Positions 16,063 to 24,501 of a stretch of 35,343 nt of DNA are shown here, piece after piece; position 1 is the stretch's first letter; every line of letters starts with the position of its first letter. This DNA comes from Deltaproteobacteria bacterium (GTDB lineage Bacteria > Desulfobacterota > Binatia > UBA12015): assembly GCA_046583355.1 (NCBI GenBank), contig JAYGCM010000055.1, positions 1 through 35,343 on the forward strand, read 5' to 3'. The position numbers and the translations under genes were made by a program. The notes below the pieces were generated by a model. The model saw nothing but the letters and a program-made list of their open reading frames with translations. It had not been told where the DNA came from and searched no databases.

Positions 16063-18380
16063 CAGAAGAGTCCTGCCAGAGTCGCCGGGCCGATATCCAA
16101 TCCGCGCATCTGCATCGGCTGAAAGGTGATCCAGACGCCCAGGAGAAAGAGCGCTACGGCCAGCACCGCAAACGGCAACGCCGCCACAGGTGCCCGCGCC
16201 CTCTCGCCGGTCCACTCGCGTGCGCGTTGCAGGATGCACCAAAGGGAAACCAGCAAACCGATATCGAGCAGCAGCAGACCGGCCCCCTGCACGCCCGATA
16301 CCGCGTGGCCGAGAACGAAAAAAGGCGGCGCAAAAGCGTAGCCAAGGTCGCGCAGAAGCCGCGCCAATACCGGGCCGAAGGAGTTCCACCCGGCCACGAA
16401 ATGAAAGAGAAAATGCGCGGCCCACATCGCAAACCCCAGCGGCACGAGAGGGAAGACGAAGCTGGCGACCACCTGGCGCAGCGGCGCCGCCACGCGACCT
16501 ACGCGCTGCGCCAGCAGACCCGCAGCGCCAACCAGAAGCGCAGGAAGGACCACAAAACCGCTCAGCAGCAGGAGGATGTCCGCCGCGCGCGGCGAGAGGA
16601 AGCCAAAGCGTGATGCCAGCGAGCGTTGCCAGCCGACAAAGGGCGCGGTCATCGCCAGAGCACCCACGAAAGCCGCCGCGATCAGCAGCAGGGCCAGAGC
16701 AGCGAGATCCGGTCGCGTGGCGAGACGGCCGAGCGAGGCGCGCGGCCGCGTGTCGACAAGCTCGGCGGCCGGTAGGCGCGCGAGCAAACCGATATTGTCG
16801 CTGGGACAAGCCCGCACACAATCCAGACAAAAGGTGCAATCGAGATTGCCGACCTTGGCCGGCAAGTAGAGATCCAACTCGCAGCCCCGCACCTCGTCAT
16901 TTCCGACGAGGCAATCCCGTGTGCGACAGGAGCCGCAGGTATCGGTGTCCCGAACCTCGATCGAGAACGGGGAAACCATCGATTGAATGAAATGAAACTG
17001 GCCGATCGGGCAAACGTATTTACAGAAGCTGGCACCAGCGAAGAAGCTGTCCACGACCAGAGCTGTCGCGAAATAGCCAACAACGATCCACGCGGTCCAA
17101 TACGGGCTATCCCAAATCCCGAAGACTTCGTAGGCCATGAAATAGATCAGGAGAAGCACCACCGCGAACCATTTCGATTGCCACGCACGCGGCCAGGCCC
17201 GACCGGGCGGAAGCAGGCGCCGCGCCAGTTCGCGCGGCAGCAGAAAGGGGCACGCAAAACAGAAGACATTGCCCAGCACGAGCAACCCCAACACCACAAA
17301 GGCCCGCCAATAGGTCCAGGGCAATACGCCAGCCAGGTTGCGCCCGCTCGCCTGCGGACCGAAAAAGCCATCGGCCACGACCAAAATCGCCAAGCCGGCA
17401 AGCCCGAGTTGCACGACGCGGCGAAAGGTGGCCGAGCGGAGCCATGCACCGAGTACCGGGACGGCCAAAAGATCGAATCGGGCCCCGGCCTTGCGCCTGG
17501 GCCACGCCGCGAACATGGCGCGCCGCTCGCGGCCGGGGTCGAAGGTGCCCGGACGACGTACCAAGGGCGGCGCCAGCGCATCGAGGACCACGGCGAAGAG
17601 CGCTACGAGCAGGACGATCGAGCCCGGCACCCACATAAGCGCACCGGCGAGTGCCTGATCGGCAAGAGCCGACAGAGATGAAATTCGCGGGGCCTCGGCA
17701 TAGGTCGCATACAAAGGCGTGTCGCGGAAAGAAAAAACAGCAGCGAGAATGCTCATCTGCATGCTGGCAAGCAGCAGATAGGGGACAATGGCCAGGCGCG
17801 GCCAATGCGCCTTGCTCGGAAAGGGCTGTACGATCGGCCACCAGAAAAGCAGTGACGCCGCGAGAAAACAGATATGCTCGGCGCCGTGCCAGAACGAATT
17901 GCGCAAGGCCAATTCATAGAGTGCCGGCAAATGCCAGACCCAGGTCGTGACGACGAAGGCCAGCCAGCAGACGATAGGATGCGTGAGCGCCGCGACGAAT
18001 TTTCGCATACCTGCGGCCGCCAGCACGGGACCGACAACGCCGTGCACCAGGCTAGCCGGCAATCCGCGCAGCATCGGGCTGGCCGGCGCGCCGAGCCAGA
18101 GCAAGGGCGGCGCGACAAACATCAAAAGCAAATGCTGCACCATATGCACCCAGAGCAGGAAACTCGCGAAGGCATCCAGGGGCGAAGCACTCGCTACCCA
18201 GACAACCAGGAGCCCCGCGCTGAACGACCAGGCGCGCCAAGGCGCGAAGCGCTCCGGCATCTGGCGGCGCAGGCTGGCAGCGCCGCGCAAATAAACAACC
18301 AGCGTCAGGACCAGCAGCAACAGCTCCAGCGGGGCAAGCTGCCACGAGGCCAGTACCGCTTCCTCAACACGCACGCGCAT
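16062..18380 (-). CDS. CtaG (caa3-type oxidase assembly factor) fused to a membrane 4Fe-4S ferredoxin (CcoG/NapH-like) domain
   Basis: CtaG motifs HMVQHLLL, WVWHLP, HGAEH, DQALAGALMW; then FCFACP, FCKYVCP, CGSCRTRDC, CTFCLDCVRACP. Confidence 0.85.
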   Translation of the reverse strand: MRVRVEEAVLASWQLAPLELLLLVLTLVVYLRGAASLRRQMPERFAPWRAWSFSAGLLVVWVASASPLDAFASFLLWVHMVQHLLLMFVAPPLLWLGAPASPMLRGLPASLVHGVVGPVLAAAGMRKFVAALTHPIVCWLAFVVTTWVWHLPALYELALRNSFWHGAEHICFLAASLLFWWPIVQPFPSKAHWPRLAIVPYLLLASMQMSILAAVFSFRDTPLYATYAEAPRISSLSALADQALAGALMWVPGSIVLLVALFAVVLDALAPPLVRRPGTFDPGRERRAMFAAWPRRKAGARFDLLAVPVLGAWLRSATFRRVVQLGLAGLAILVVADGFFGPQASGRNLAGVLPWTYWRAFVVLGLLVLGNVFCFACPFLLPRELARRLLPPGRAWPRAWQSKWFAVVLLLIYFMAYEVFGIWDSPYWTAWIVVGYFATALVVDSFFAGASFCKYVCPIGQFHFIQSMVSPFSIEVRDTDTCGSCRTRDCLVGNDEVRGCELDLYLPAKVGNLDCTFCLDCVRACPSDNIGLLARLPAAELVDTRPRASLGRLATRPDLAALALLLIAAAFVGALAMTAPFVGWQRSLASRFGFLSPRAADILLLLSGFVVLPALLVGAAGLLAQRVGRVAAPLRQVVASFVFPLVPLGFAMWAAHFLFHFVAGWNSFGPVLARLLRDLGYAFAPPFFVLGHAVSGVQGAGLLLLDIGLLVSLWCILQRAREWTGERARAPVAALPFAVLAVALFLLGVWITFQPMQMRGLDIGPATLAGLF

Positions 18381-18412
18381 TTCCTACCAGATGCCGGCCC
18401 GCGATTCGCCTG

Positions 18413-18598
18413 GAGGTACGGCCGAAGAGTCAGGCGTGGCACCGAGAGCGTCGATTGCGGCTGCTGGCAAGGAACGCGACCGAGCAACAGCCGTCGCTCT
18501 TGGGAGAGAGCGTGACGCAGTCCAGCGGCCGCAAGCGGCGCTCGAATGCCGCCTGACTTTTCGGCCGTGCCTCTGCAGGTACGGCCGAAGAGTCGGGG
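18413..18598 (+). repeat. Long structured palindromic element (MITE/REP-like or ncRNA) with three copies of a ~23-nt unit
   Basis: 18413-18435 pairs with 18551-18573 (21/23); nested stems 18446-18453/18536-18543 and 18455-18467/18522-18534; exact 18-nt direct repeat AGGTACGGCCGAAGAGTC at 18414 and 18577. Confidence 0.8.
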
Positions 18599-18599
18599 C

Positions 18600-20069
18600 T
18601 CAGCGGGGCTCGGCGGGGCTACGCGCGACGGGTTCGCCCTCGGGCACCAGGGTTTGCAGGAAGGCGACCAGCGCCGTGACCTCCTCGGGCCGCAGATTCT
18701 TGCCATAGGCCGGCATATTGCCGCCGCCCTGCAGCACTTGGCGGATCAGTTGATCCCGCGTCAGGCGCGTCGCCACATTGTCGAGGGCGGGCCCGCGCTC
18801 ACCGCCCGTGCCGCCGAGCGCGTGGCAGTTGCGGCATTGTTTATTCTGTACGACGAGCGCACCCTGCAATTCGAGCGGTGAGCGGCCACGCACATACTCC
18901 ACGGGCGTCGGTACGCCACTCCAGGCCGACATATGCGGTGACCAAGGGGAGGTATTGCCCAACCAGGCCAGCACGCCGAGCATCAGGAAAACCATGATGA
19001 CGAGCACCCAAGCGCCGGGACGGCGCTTGAAGCTCTTCTCGCCGGTATTGGAATAAAACGGCAGCGCCACAGCCAGCAGGATGAGGATCGGCGGGCCCAA
19101 TAACATCAGCGCCGTCTCCATATACGGAGGCAGAAGAGCGAATACCGCAAAGAGCGGCAGATACCAGAAATCAGGCCTGGGTAGCGTCTCGATCAAGGTC
19201 GGATTGGGCTCGCCATTGGGCCCCGAGGGGCCAAAGACAGCCGCACAGAAGAAAATCCCGAGCAGGACGATGCCGGCGAAGACGACATCTTTCTGGACAC
19301 CCTCCGGAACAAAGGGCTCCCCCTCTTCCTCGACCAATTGGCGGTACTCGGCCGCGTAGCGTTCTTTGGTGACCAAACGACCCGGCATCGGCCATTCGTT
19401 GATACCCACCTTGATGACCAGCCAGAGATGGACGCCGACGAAGGCAATCAGCAGGCCCGGCAACACGAAGACATGCAAGGCAAACCAGCGCGAGAGCGTT
19501 TCGGCGCCGATGATCGGGCCACCGAGGATGAGGTGGATCAACTCGCCGCCGATCACCGGCATCCGGCCGACAATCGAGATAACGATACCCAGGCCCCAAT
19601 AGGCATCCTGGTCAAAACGCATGACCTGGCCCGAGAAGCCCATCGCCAGAGTCAAAATAAAGAGCAGGCAACCGACCACCCAGGTCAGCTCGCGGGGGTA
19701 TTTGTAGGCACCGAAGAGAAAGACCTGGACCAGATGCATGGTCATCAATGCGATCATGAAATGCGAGCCCCAGCCGTGCAAAGCGCGCAGGAACCAGCCC
19801 AGTGGCTGGACATAATTCAGGTAGATCAGGCTCTTCCAGGCTTCATCGGCAGCCGGCGCGTAGACCAGCGCGAGGCAGATGCCGGTGACGACCTGCATCA
19901 TCAGGCAGACCATGGTCGCGCTGCCGAAGACGTAGGCCCAGCTTGCCGCGCTTGACGGCACCGGGTGGACGATGGGCGGCAGGATCGACTCGGTGAAATG
20001 CAGGCGCTCGTCGAACCACGCACCCACGCGCGCCAGACGGCCCTTCTTATCCGAACCCGCAGCTGCCAT
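18600..20069 (-). CDS. qcrB: Cytochrome b of a Rieske/cytochrome b complex, fused to a C-terminal monoheme cytochrome c
   Basis: Heme b His pairs in LRALHGW...MHLVQVF and FALHVF...VHLW; AYKYPRELTW; Qo motif PDFW; CRNCH and NMP; TGATG coupling to qcrA. Confidence 0.92.
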   Translation of the reverse strand: MAAAGSDKKGRLARVGAWFDERLHFTESILPPIVHPVPSSAASWAYVFGSATMVCLMMQVVTGICLALVYAPAADEAWKSLIYLNYVQPLGWFLRALHGWGSHFMIALMTMHLVQVFLFGAYKYPRELTWVVGCLLFILTLAMGFSGQVMRFDQDAYWGLGIVISIVGRMPVIGGELIHLILGGPIIGAETLSRWFALHVFVLPGLLIAFVGVHLWLVIKVGINEWPMPGRLVTKERYAAEYRQLVEEEGEPFVPEGVQKDVVFAGIVLLGIFFCAAVFGPSGPNGEPNPTLIETLPRPDFWYLPLFAVFALLPPYMETALMLLGPPILILLAVALPFYSNTGEKSFKRRPGAWVLVIMVFLMLGVLAWLGNTSPWSPHMSAWSGVPTPVEYVRGRSPLELQGALVVQNKQCRNCHALGGTGGERGPALDNVATRLTRDQLIRQVLQGGGNMPAYGKNLRPEEVTALVAFLQTLVPEGEPVARSPAEPR

Positions 20070-20605
20070 CAGACGCCCGCCGAGAGCGAGGGGATCTGCC
20101 CGCCGCGCACCCAAAGGTCCTCACCGCGGAGCTCGTATTCATACTCGAAGAGGCCACGCGGTGGTGGCCCCGAGGCGCGCGAGCCGTCGGCATAATAGAC
20201 GCCGCCATGGCAGGGGCACATGAAGAGTTTCGACTCCGCAAACCAGCGCACGGGACAGCCCAGATGCGCGCAATTGATGGCAAAGACCTGGAATTTCTCG
20301 CCTTCGACGTGGCGCACCCAACAGGGGATCTCGGCCGTCATGCCGTCCCAGGGAACGCGAAAGGGGTTGGTATAGCTCGCCAACCGAGTTTCGCCGGCGG
20401 GGAAATTGGTCACATTACCGAGCGGAATCCACGCATTATACGACTTCTGTTTCAATGCTCCGGCGATATAGCCGATGATCGGAATGCCGATCAGGCCGGC
20501 GGCAATGACGTTCAGGAAAACCCCGAACTTGAGCAGAAGGAAGCGCCGCGAAACCGAGGGCGGCGACGGGGGGGACATCTGCGGCGCCTGGGGCTCGTCA
20601 GCCAT
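20069..20605 (-). CDS. qcrA: Rieske iron-sulfur subunit of a quinol:cytochrome c reductase
   Basis: Tat-like SRRFLL + TM helix; CAHLGC and CPCHGG; GPPPRGL; ATG 20605. Confidence 0.92.
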   Translation of the reverse strand: MADEPQAPQMSPPSPPSVSRRFLLLKFGVFLNVIAAGLIGIPIIGYIAGALKQKSYNAWIPLGNVTNFPAGETRLASYTNPFRVPWDGMTAEIPCWVRHVEGEKFQVFAINCAHLGCPVRWFAESKLFMCPCHGGVYYADGSRASGPPPRGLFEYEYELRGEDLWVRGGQIPSLSAGV

Positions 20606-21374
20606 GATTTTTCTCCGTACCAGCAGGCTCGGGCTGCTCGGCTGCTGCCGCGTTCGCCGCGGGTTGTCTATCTTTCGGGTAGGGCCGTCCGGGGAACTCG
20701 ACGCGATGAGCGGCGAGCCAGGCAACGACATTATCGACATCCTGCGCCGACAGCGGCCGACCGGCCGTCCCGCGCCAATCGGGCATCTGCAGGTCGCTAC
20801 GCCCGAAGATCACCGTCGAGCGCAGAGATTGATCACTCACCAGTGCGAGGAAGGACGGGTCGACCACCGAATGCGCGACGCTCCCACCCTGCCCGTCCGC
20901 ACCATGGCAAGAGGCGCAAGCGCGCGCGAAAACCGCGCCGCCTGCCGCCGCGCTGCCCGGGTAGCGGGCCCGGTAAGGCGGCGGCTGCAAACCCGCCAAG
21001 GCATCTTCTTTCGCCCAACGCGCACGCATACCGGCAAGAACCAATTCGAGCTGCTTGGCGTTGAGGCCAAGGCCGTCATCCGAGAGGAAGCCCGGCATCG
21101 CCGTGCCCGCAACGCCGTGCGCGACCACCTGGCGCAGGACCGCGTCGCTCACCACGCCGAGGTAGAGTGGATCGTTCAGCGGCCGGGCGGCGGCAAATTT
21201 TCCGTCCGTTCCATGGCAGCCCGCACAATGCTTGCCCCAGAGCGCGCCGAAATCCGTGACATCGATCGGATTGATCGGCCGCTGCGATTCGGTAGGCCGA
21301 CCAGGCAGGTTCTCGCAGGCAGCCGCCACCATAAGCAGCAACGCCAAAGACAGGCGCAACGAGCTTCGCATCAT
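20598..21374 (-). CDS. qcrC: Diheme cytochrome c lipoprotein (QcrC equivalent)
   Basis: Lipobox VAAAC; CAGCH...AMP and CASCH...QMP; ATGA overlap with the upstream gene. Confidence 0.82.
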   Translation of the reverse strand: MMRSSLRLSLALLLMVAAACENLPGRPTESQRPINPIDVTDFGALWGKHCAGCHGTDGKFAAARPLNDPLYLGVVSDAVLRQVVAHGVAGTAMPGFLSDDGLGLNAKQLELVLAGMRARWAKEDALAGLQPPPYRARYPGSAAAGGAVFARACASCHGADGQGGSVAHSVVDPSFLALVSDQSLRSTVIFGRSDLQMPDWRGTAGRPLSAQDVDNVVAWLAAHRVEFPGRPYPKDRQPAANAAAAEQPEPAGTEKNHG

Positions 21375-22213
21375 TCCGGCCGTCCTTTTTCTTCGCTCAC
21401 GCCAGGCGCCTCGACGCCCGCGCGATGGTAGATCGAGACGCTTTGCAGGGTGGCGATTTTCTCGGTCCGGTCGACAACGAAGCCGGCCACCAGACCAAAG
21501 GCAATCTGCGAGGCGATGAAAAAAGGCCAGTCCAGCCGCGCCTCGAGCCCGGGGTCGACCACACGGAGGCCCGTGTAGACCAGGCTGGTCCAAAGCGTCG
21601 GCGCGACCACCCCTCCCCAGAGGATCGGATGGTACGGAAACATCGGCAAAAGAACGCCGTAGAGGAGCCCCATGAAGACCGAGAGAATGAGATGAATCAG
21701 AAGGCCAACGGCAAGGCCTATCGTGCTGAATTGCGCCAATTCGGCCGGCGACATTGCGGATAGGGAGGCCAGGGCCGAGGCCGCGAGAAGATTCACGACA
21801 TACCAGAGGCTGCCATGAGCGAGCAGGCCATAGATTTCGGCCGTGGCAGCCATCGCCACGCCACCGACCAGCCCGCCGCGTACGCCGGCGCTGTAGGGAT
21901 GCCTCTCCAGCGGCAGACGCATGCGATGCAGATCGCGGCCGATCTCAAGACGCTCGGCCGCGACAGTAACCACGACGGCATCCGCGCGCTCCGAGGCAGG
22001 CACGAATATGACGTACTCTTCATCCTCTCGCGGCAGCACGAGCCGAAACCAACCCGTCATCGCAATCGCAAAGAGAACGACCCCGGTGCCGGTCACCGCA
22101 ACATGCGTGACCAGACCTGTGAAGCCGAGCACAAGACCCAGGGCGGCCAGCAAGGGCCAGCCAGTATTCGCCGGCAACTCGACACCCGCCGCGGGTTCAG
22201 GAGAGCTGCTCAT
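21371..22213 (-). CDS. Polytopic membrane protein; N-terminus resembles cytochrome oxidase subunit IV (CtaF-like)
   Basis: LPANTGWPLLAALG two-helix N-terminus, then about 4-5 more helices; lies between ctaE and qcrC; ATGA overlaps at both ends. Confidence 0.65.
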   Translation of the reverse strand: MSSSPEPAAGVELPANTGWPLLAALGLVLGFTGLVTHVAVTGTGVVLFAIAMTGWFRLVLPREDEEYVIFVPASERADAVVVTVAAERLEIGRDLHRMRLPLERHPYSAGVRGGLVGGVAMAATAEIYGLLAHGSLWYVVNLLAASALASLSAMSPAELAQFSTIGLAVGLLIHLILSVFMGLLYGVLLPMFPYHPILWGGVVAPTLWTSLVYTGLRVVDPGLEARLDWPFFIASQIAFGLVAGFVVDRTEKIATLQSVSIYHRAGVEAPGVSEEKGRPE

Positions 22214-22815
22214 CGGATCAGATACACCACAATAAAGACTACAATCCAGACGGCATCCACGAAATGCCAGTACCAGGACAGGACATCGACGCGCTCGGCG
22301 TGCTCCTGGCGAAGATGGCCGAGCAGGCAGAGCGCCAGCACGAAGCCGAGCATCGTGAGCCCGATGGTCACGTGCAGGGCATGGAAGCCGACCAGCGAAT
22401 AAAAAGTAGTGCCGAGAAGATTCGAATGGATCGTCAGTCCTTCGCCGTAGATCAGCCCATGCCATTCCAAGCCGGTCAAGAGCAGGAATAAGCCGCCCAG
22501 GAGAATCGTGGCAAGCATCCACAACTCAAAGGCGATGGTCTTGCCCTTGCGCAGCGATTGCACCGCCAGAACGATGGTGATGCTGGAGGAAAGCAGCGCG
22601 ATCGAGGCGAAAATCGGCGTCGCAAGGACGTCGGCAAAGGGCCCCGTCAGGCTCTTGCCGAGATAGAAAAGATGCGCGACGATGAAAATCGCGAAGAAGG
22701 TCGACTCGGTGAGAATCAGGCAGGCCATGCCCACCTTGCCCTTGGACGGCAGTTCCCAGCGTTCCGGGAGCGGCGGCGCGGCCACCGCGGCCGGGTCGGT
22801 CACGCGCGCACTCAT
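22210..22815 (-). CDS. ctaE: Cytochrome c oxidase subunit III (short 5-helix type)
   Basis: ESTFF, LLSSS, TFYSLVGFHALHV, WYWHFVDAVWI. Confidence 0.95.
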   Translation of the reverse strand: MSARVTDPAAVAAPPLPERWELPSKGKVGMACLILTESTFFAIFIVAHLFYLGKSLTGPFADVLATPIFASIALLSSSITIVLAVQSLRKGKTIAFELWMLATILLGGLFLLLTGLEWHGLIYGEGLTIHSNLLGTTFYSLVGFHALHVTIGLTMLGFVLALCLLGHLRQEHAERVDVLSWYWHFVDAVWIVVFIVVYLIR

Positions 22816-24488
22816 TCGTATTTCCAATCCGGATCCTCGGGATGCTTGCGGTCCCAAAGCGGCCGACGGCTATGCACCACGGGCAATTCCTCGAAATTAT
22901 AGAGCGGCGGCGGCGAGGTCGTGGTCCACTCGAGTGTCCAGGCATCCCAGGGATCGTCACCAGCCTCCTCGCCCTTCTTGAGCGACCAGATCAGGTTGGC
23001 GAAGAAAAAGAGCAAACCGACAGCTTGAATGATGACGCCAATCGAGGCCAGCAGGTTGAAAAGGTCCCAGCCGCGGCCCGCATCGTAGGTGTAGATGCGC
23101 CGCGGCATGCCGAGAATGCCAGAGCCATGCATCGGCCCGAAAGTGAGGTTGAAGCCGACCAGGAAGATCCAGAAATGCAGCTTGCCGAGTGTCTTGTCGA
23201 GCATCCGGCCGGTCACCTTGGGATACCAATAATAGGTGGCCGCGAAGAACATGAAGAGCAGGCCGCCGATCAGCACGAAATGGAAATGCGCCACGACAAA
23301 ATACGAGTCGCTGAGCTGAAAATCGAAGGGCGCAACCGAGAGCATCACGCCGGTCAGCCCGGCGATCACGAACTGGCAAAGGAAGGCCGTGGCGAAGAGC
23401 ATCGGCAACTCGAAGCGAATCTTGCCGCCCCACATCGTCGCCAGCCAGTTGAAGATCTTGAGGCCCGTTGGCACGGAGATCAGCATGGTCGAGGCGGCAA
23501 AGAAAGTATTCGCCGCCGGCGAGAGACCGACGGTGAACATATGGTGCGCCCAGACGCCCAGGCTGATGAAGCCGATGGCAAGCGTTGCGAAGATCATCAT
23601 CGAGTAGCCGAAGATCACCTTGCGCGAGAAAACCGGGATGATCTCCGAGGCCCAGGCAAAGGCCGGCAGAATCAGGATATAGACCTCCGGGTGACCGAAG
23701 ATCCAGAAGAAATGCTGCCACAATACGGCCGAGCCGCCGGCCTGCGTATCGAAGAAATGAGAGCCGAGGAAGCGGTCGAAAAGCAGCATGAATTGCGCTG
23801 CCGTGAGAGGCGTCAGCGCCACCAGAACCAGCACGAAATCGACCAGCATGATCCAGACGAAAACCGGCATCTTGTCGAGCGTCATGCCGCGGCAACGGCT
23901 GCTGACGATCGTCGTGACCAGATTCAATGCCGTCATCGTCGAACCCAGGCCCGCGACCATGATCCCGAGAATCCAATAATCCGTGCTATTGCCGCGCGAG
24001 AAGGCGTGTCCGGTAAGTGGCGCGTAGGCAAACCAGCCAACATCCGGTGCAGTCCCGGCGCCGTAGAGCCCGTCGCCCCCGATGAAACTGAAATAGAGCA
24101 GACAGCCGCCGAAGAAAAAAAGCCAGAAACCCAGCGAGTTGAGCCGTGGAAAGGCCAGGTCGCGGGCACCGATTTGCAGCGGGATGAGATAATTCGCCGA
24201 GCCGAAGAGAAGCGGCATCCCGACCAGGAAGACCATCGTCGTCCCGTGCATGGTCATCATACGGTTGAAGGTATCGGGGTCGAGGAAGTTCAGGTTCGGG
24301 AAGGCGAGTTGGATGCGCATCAGGCCGGCTTCGAACCCACCGATCACGAAGAACATCAGCGCCGCCCAGATATACATCACGCCGAGCTTCTTATGGTCGG
24401 TACTGGTCGCCCAATCGTGCACCGCCACCCACGCCGATACGCGCTCGCCTGCCCCCTCCGGCACCCGAGGTCCGTCCACGATTGTCAT
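22812..24488 (-). CDS. ctaD: Cytochrome c oxidase subunit I, A1 type
   Basis: DHKKLG, HGTTM, ARDLAFPRLN (D-channel), FGHPEVY, WAHHMF, PTGLK (K-channel), VAHFH, GMPRR. Confidence 0.97.
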   Translation of the reverse strand: MTIVDGPRVPEGAGERVSAWVAVHDWATSTDHKKLGVMYIWAALMFFVIGGFEAGLMRIQLAFPNLNFLDPDTFNRMMTMHGTTMVFLVGMPLLFGSANYLIPLQIGARDLAFPRLNSLGFWLFFFGGCLLYFSFIGGDGLYGAGTAPDVGWFAYAPLTGHAFSRGNSTDYWILGIMVAGLGSTMTALNLVTTIVSSRCRGMTLDKMPVFVWIMLVDFVLVLVALTPLTAAQFMLLFDRFLGSHFFDTQAGGSAVLWQHFFWIFGHPEVYILILPAFAWASEIIPVFSRKVIFGYSMMIFATLAIGFISLGVWAHHMFTVGLSPAANTFFAASTMLISVPTGLKIFNWLATMWGGKIRFELPMLFATAFLCQFVIAGLTGVMLSVAPFDFQLSDSYFVVAHFHFVLIGGLLFMFFAATYYWYPKVTGRMLDKTLGKLHFWIFLVGFNLTFGPMHGSGILGMPRRIYTYDAGRGWDLFNLLASIGVIIQAVGLLFFFANLIWSLKKGEEAGDDPWDAWTLEWTTTSPPPLYNFEELPVVHSRRPLWDRKHPEDPDWKYE

Positions 24489-24501
24489 AGGCGCGCCTCT
24501 A

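Noticed and set aside
15469..16839. 456-aa ORF taken as a single gene
   Set aside because: Its first ~260 codons overlap the ctaG fusion in another frame and are Arg/Ala junk; the real gene likely starts at 16062
18413..18598. CRISPR array or tRNA
   Set aside because: Only three units in alternating orientation, no spacers, no cas genes and no cloverleaf
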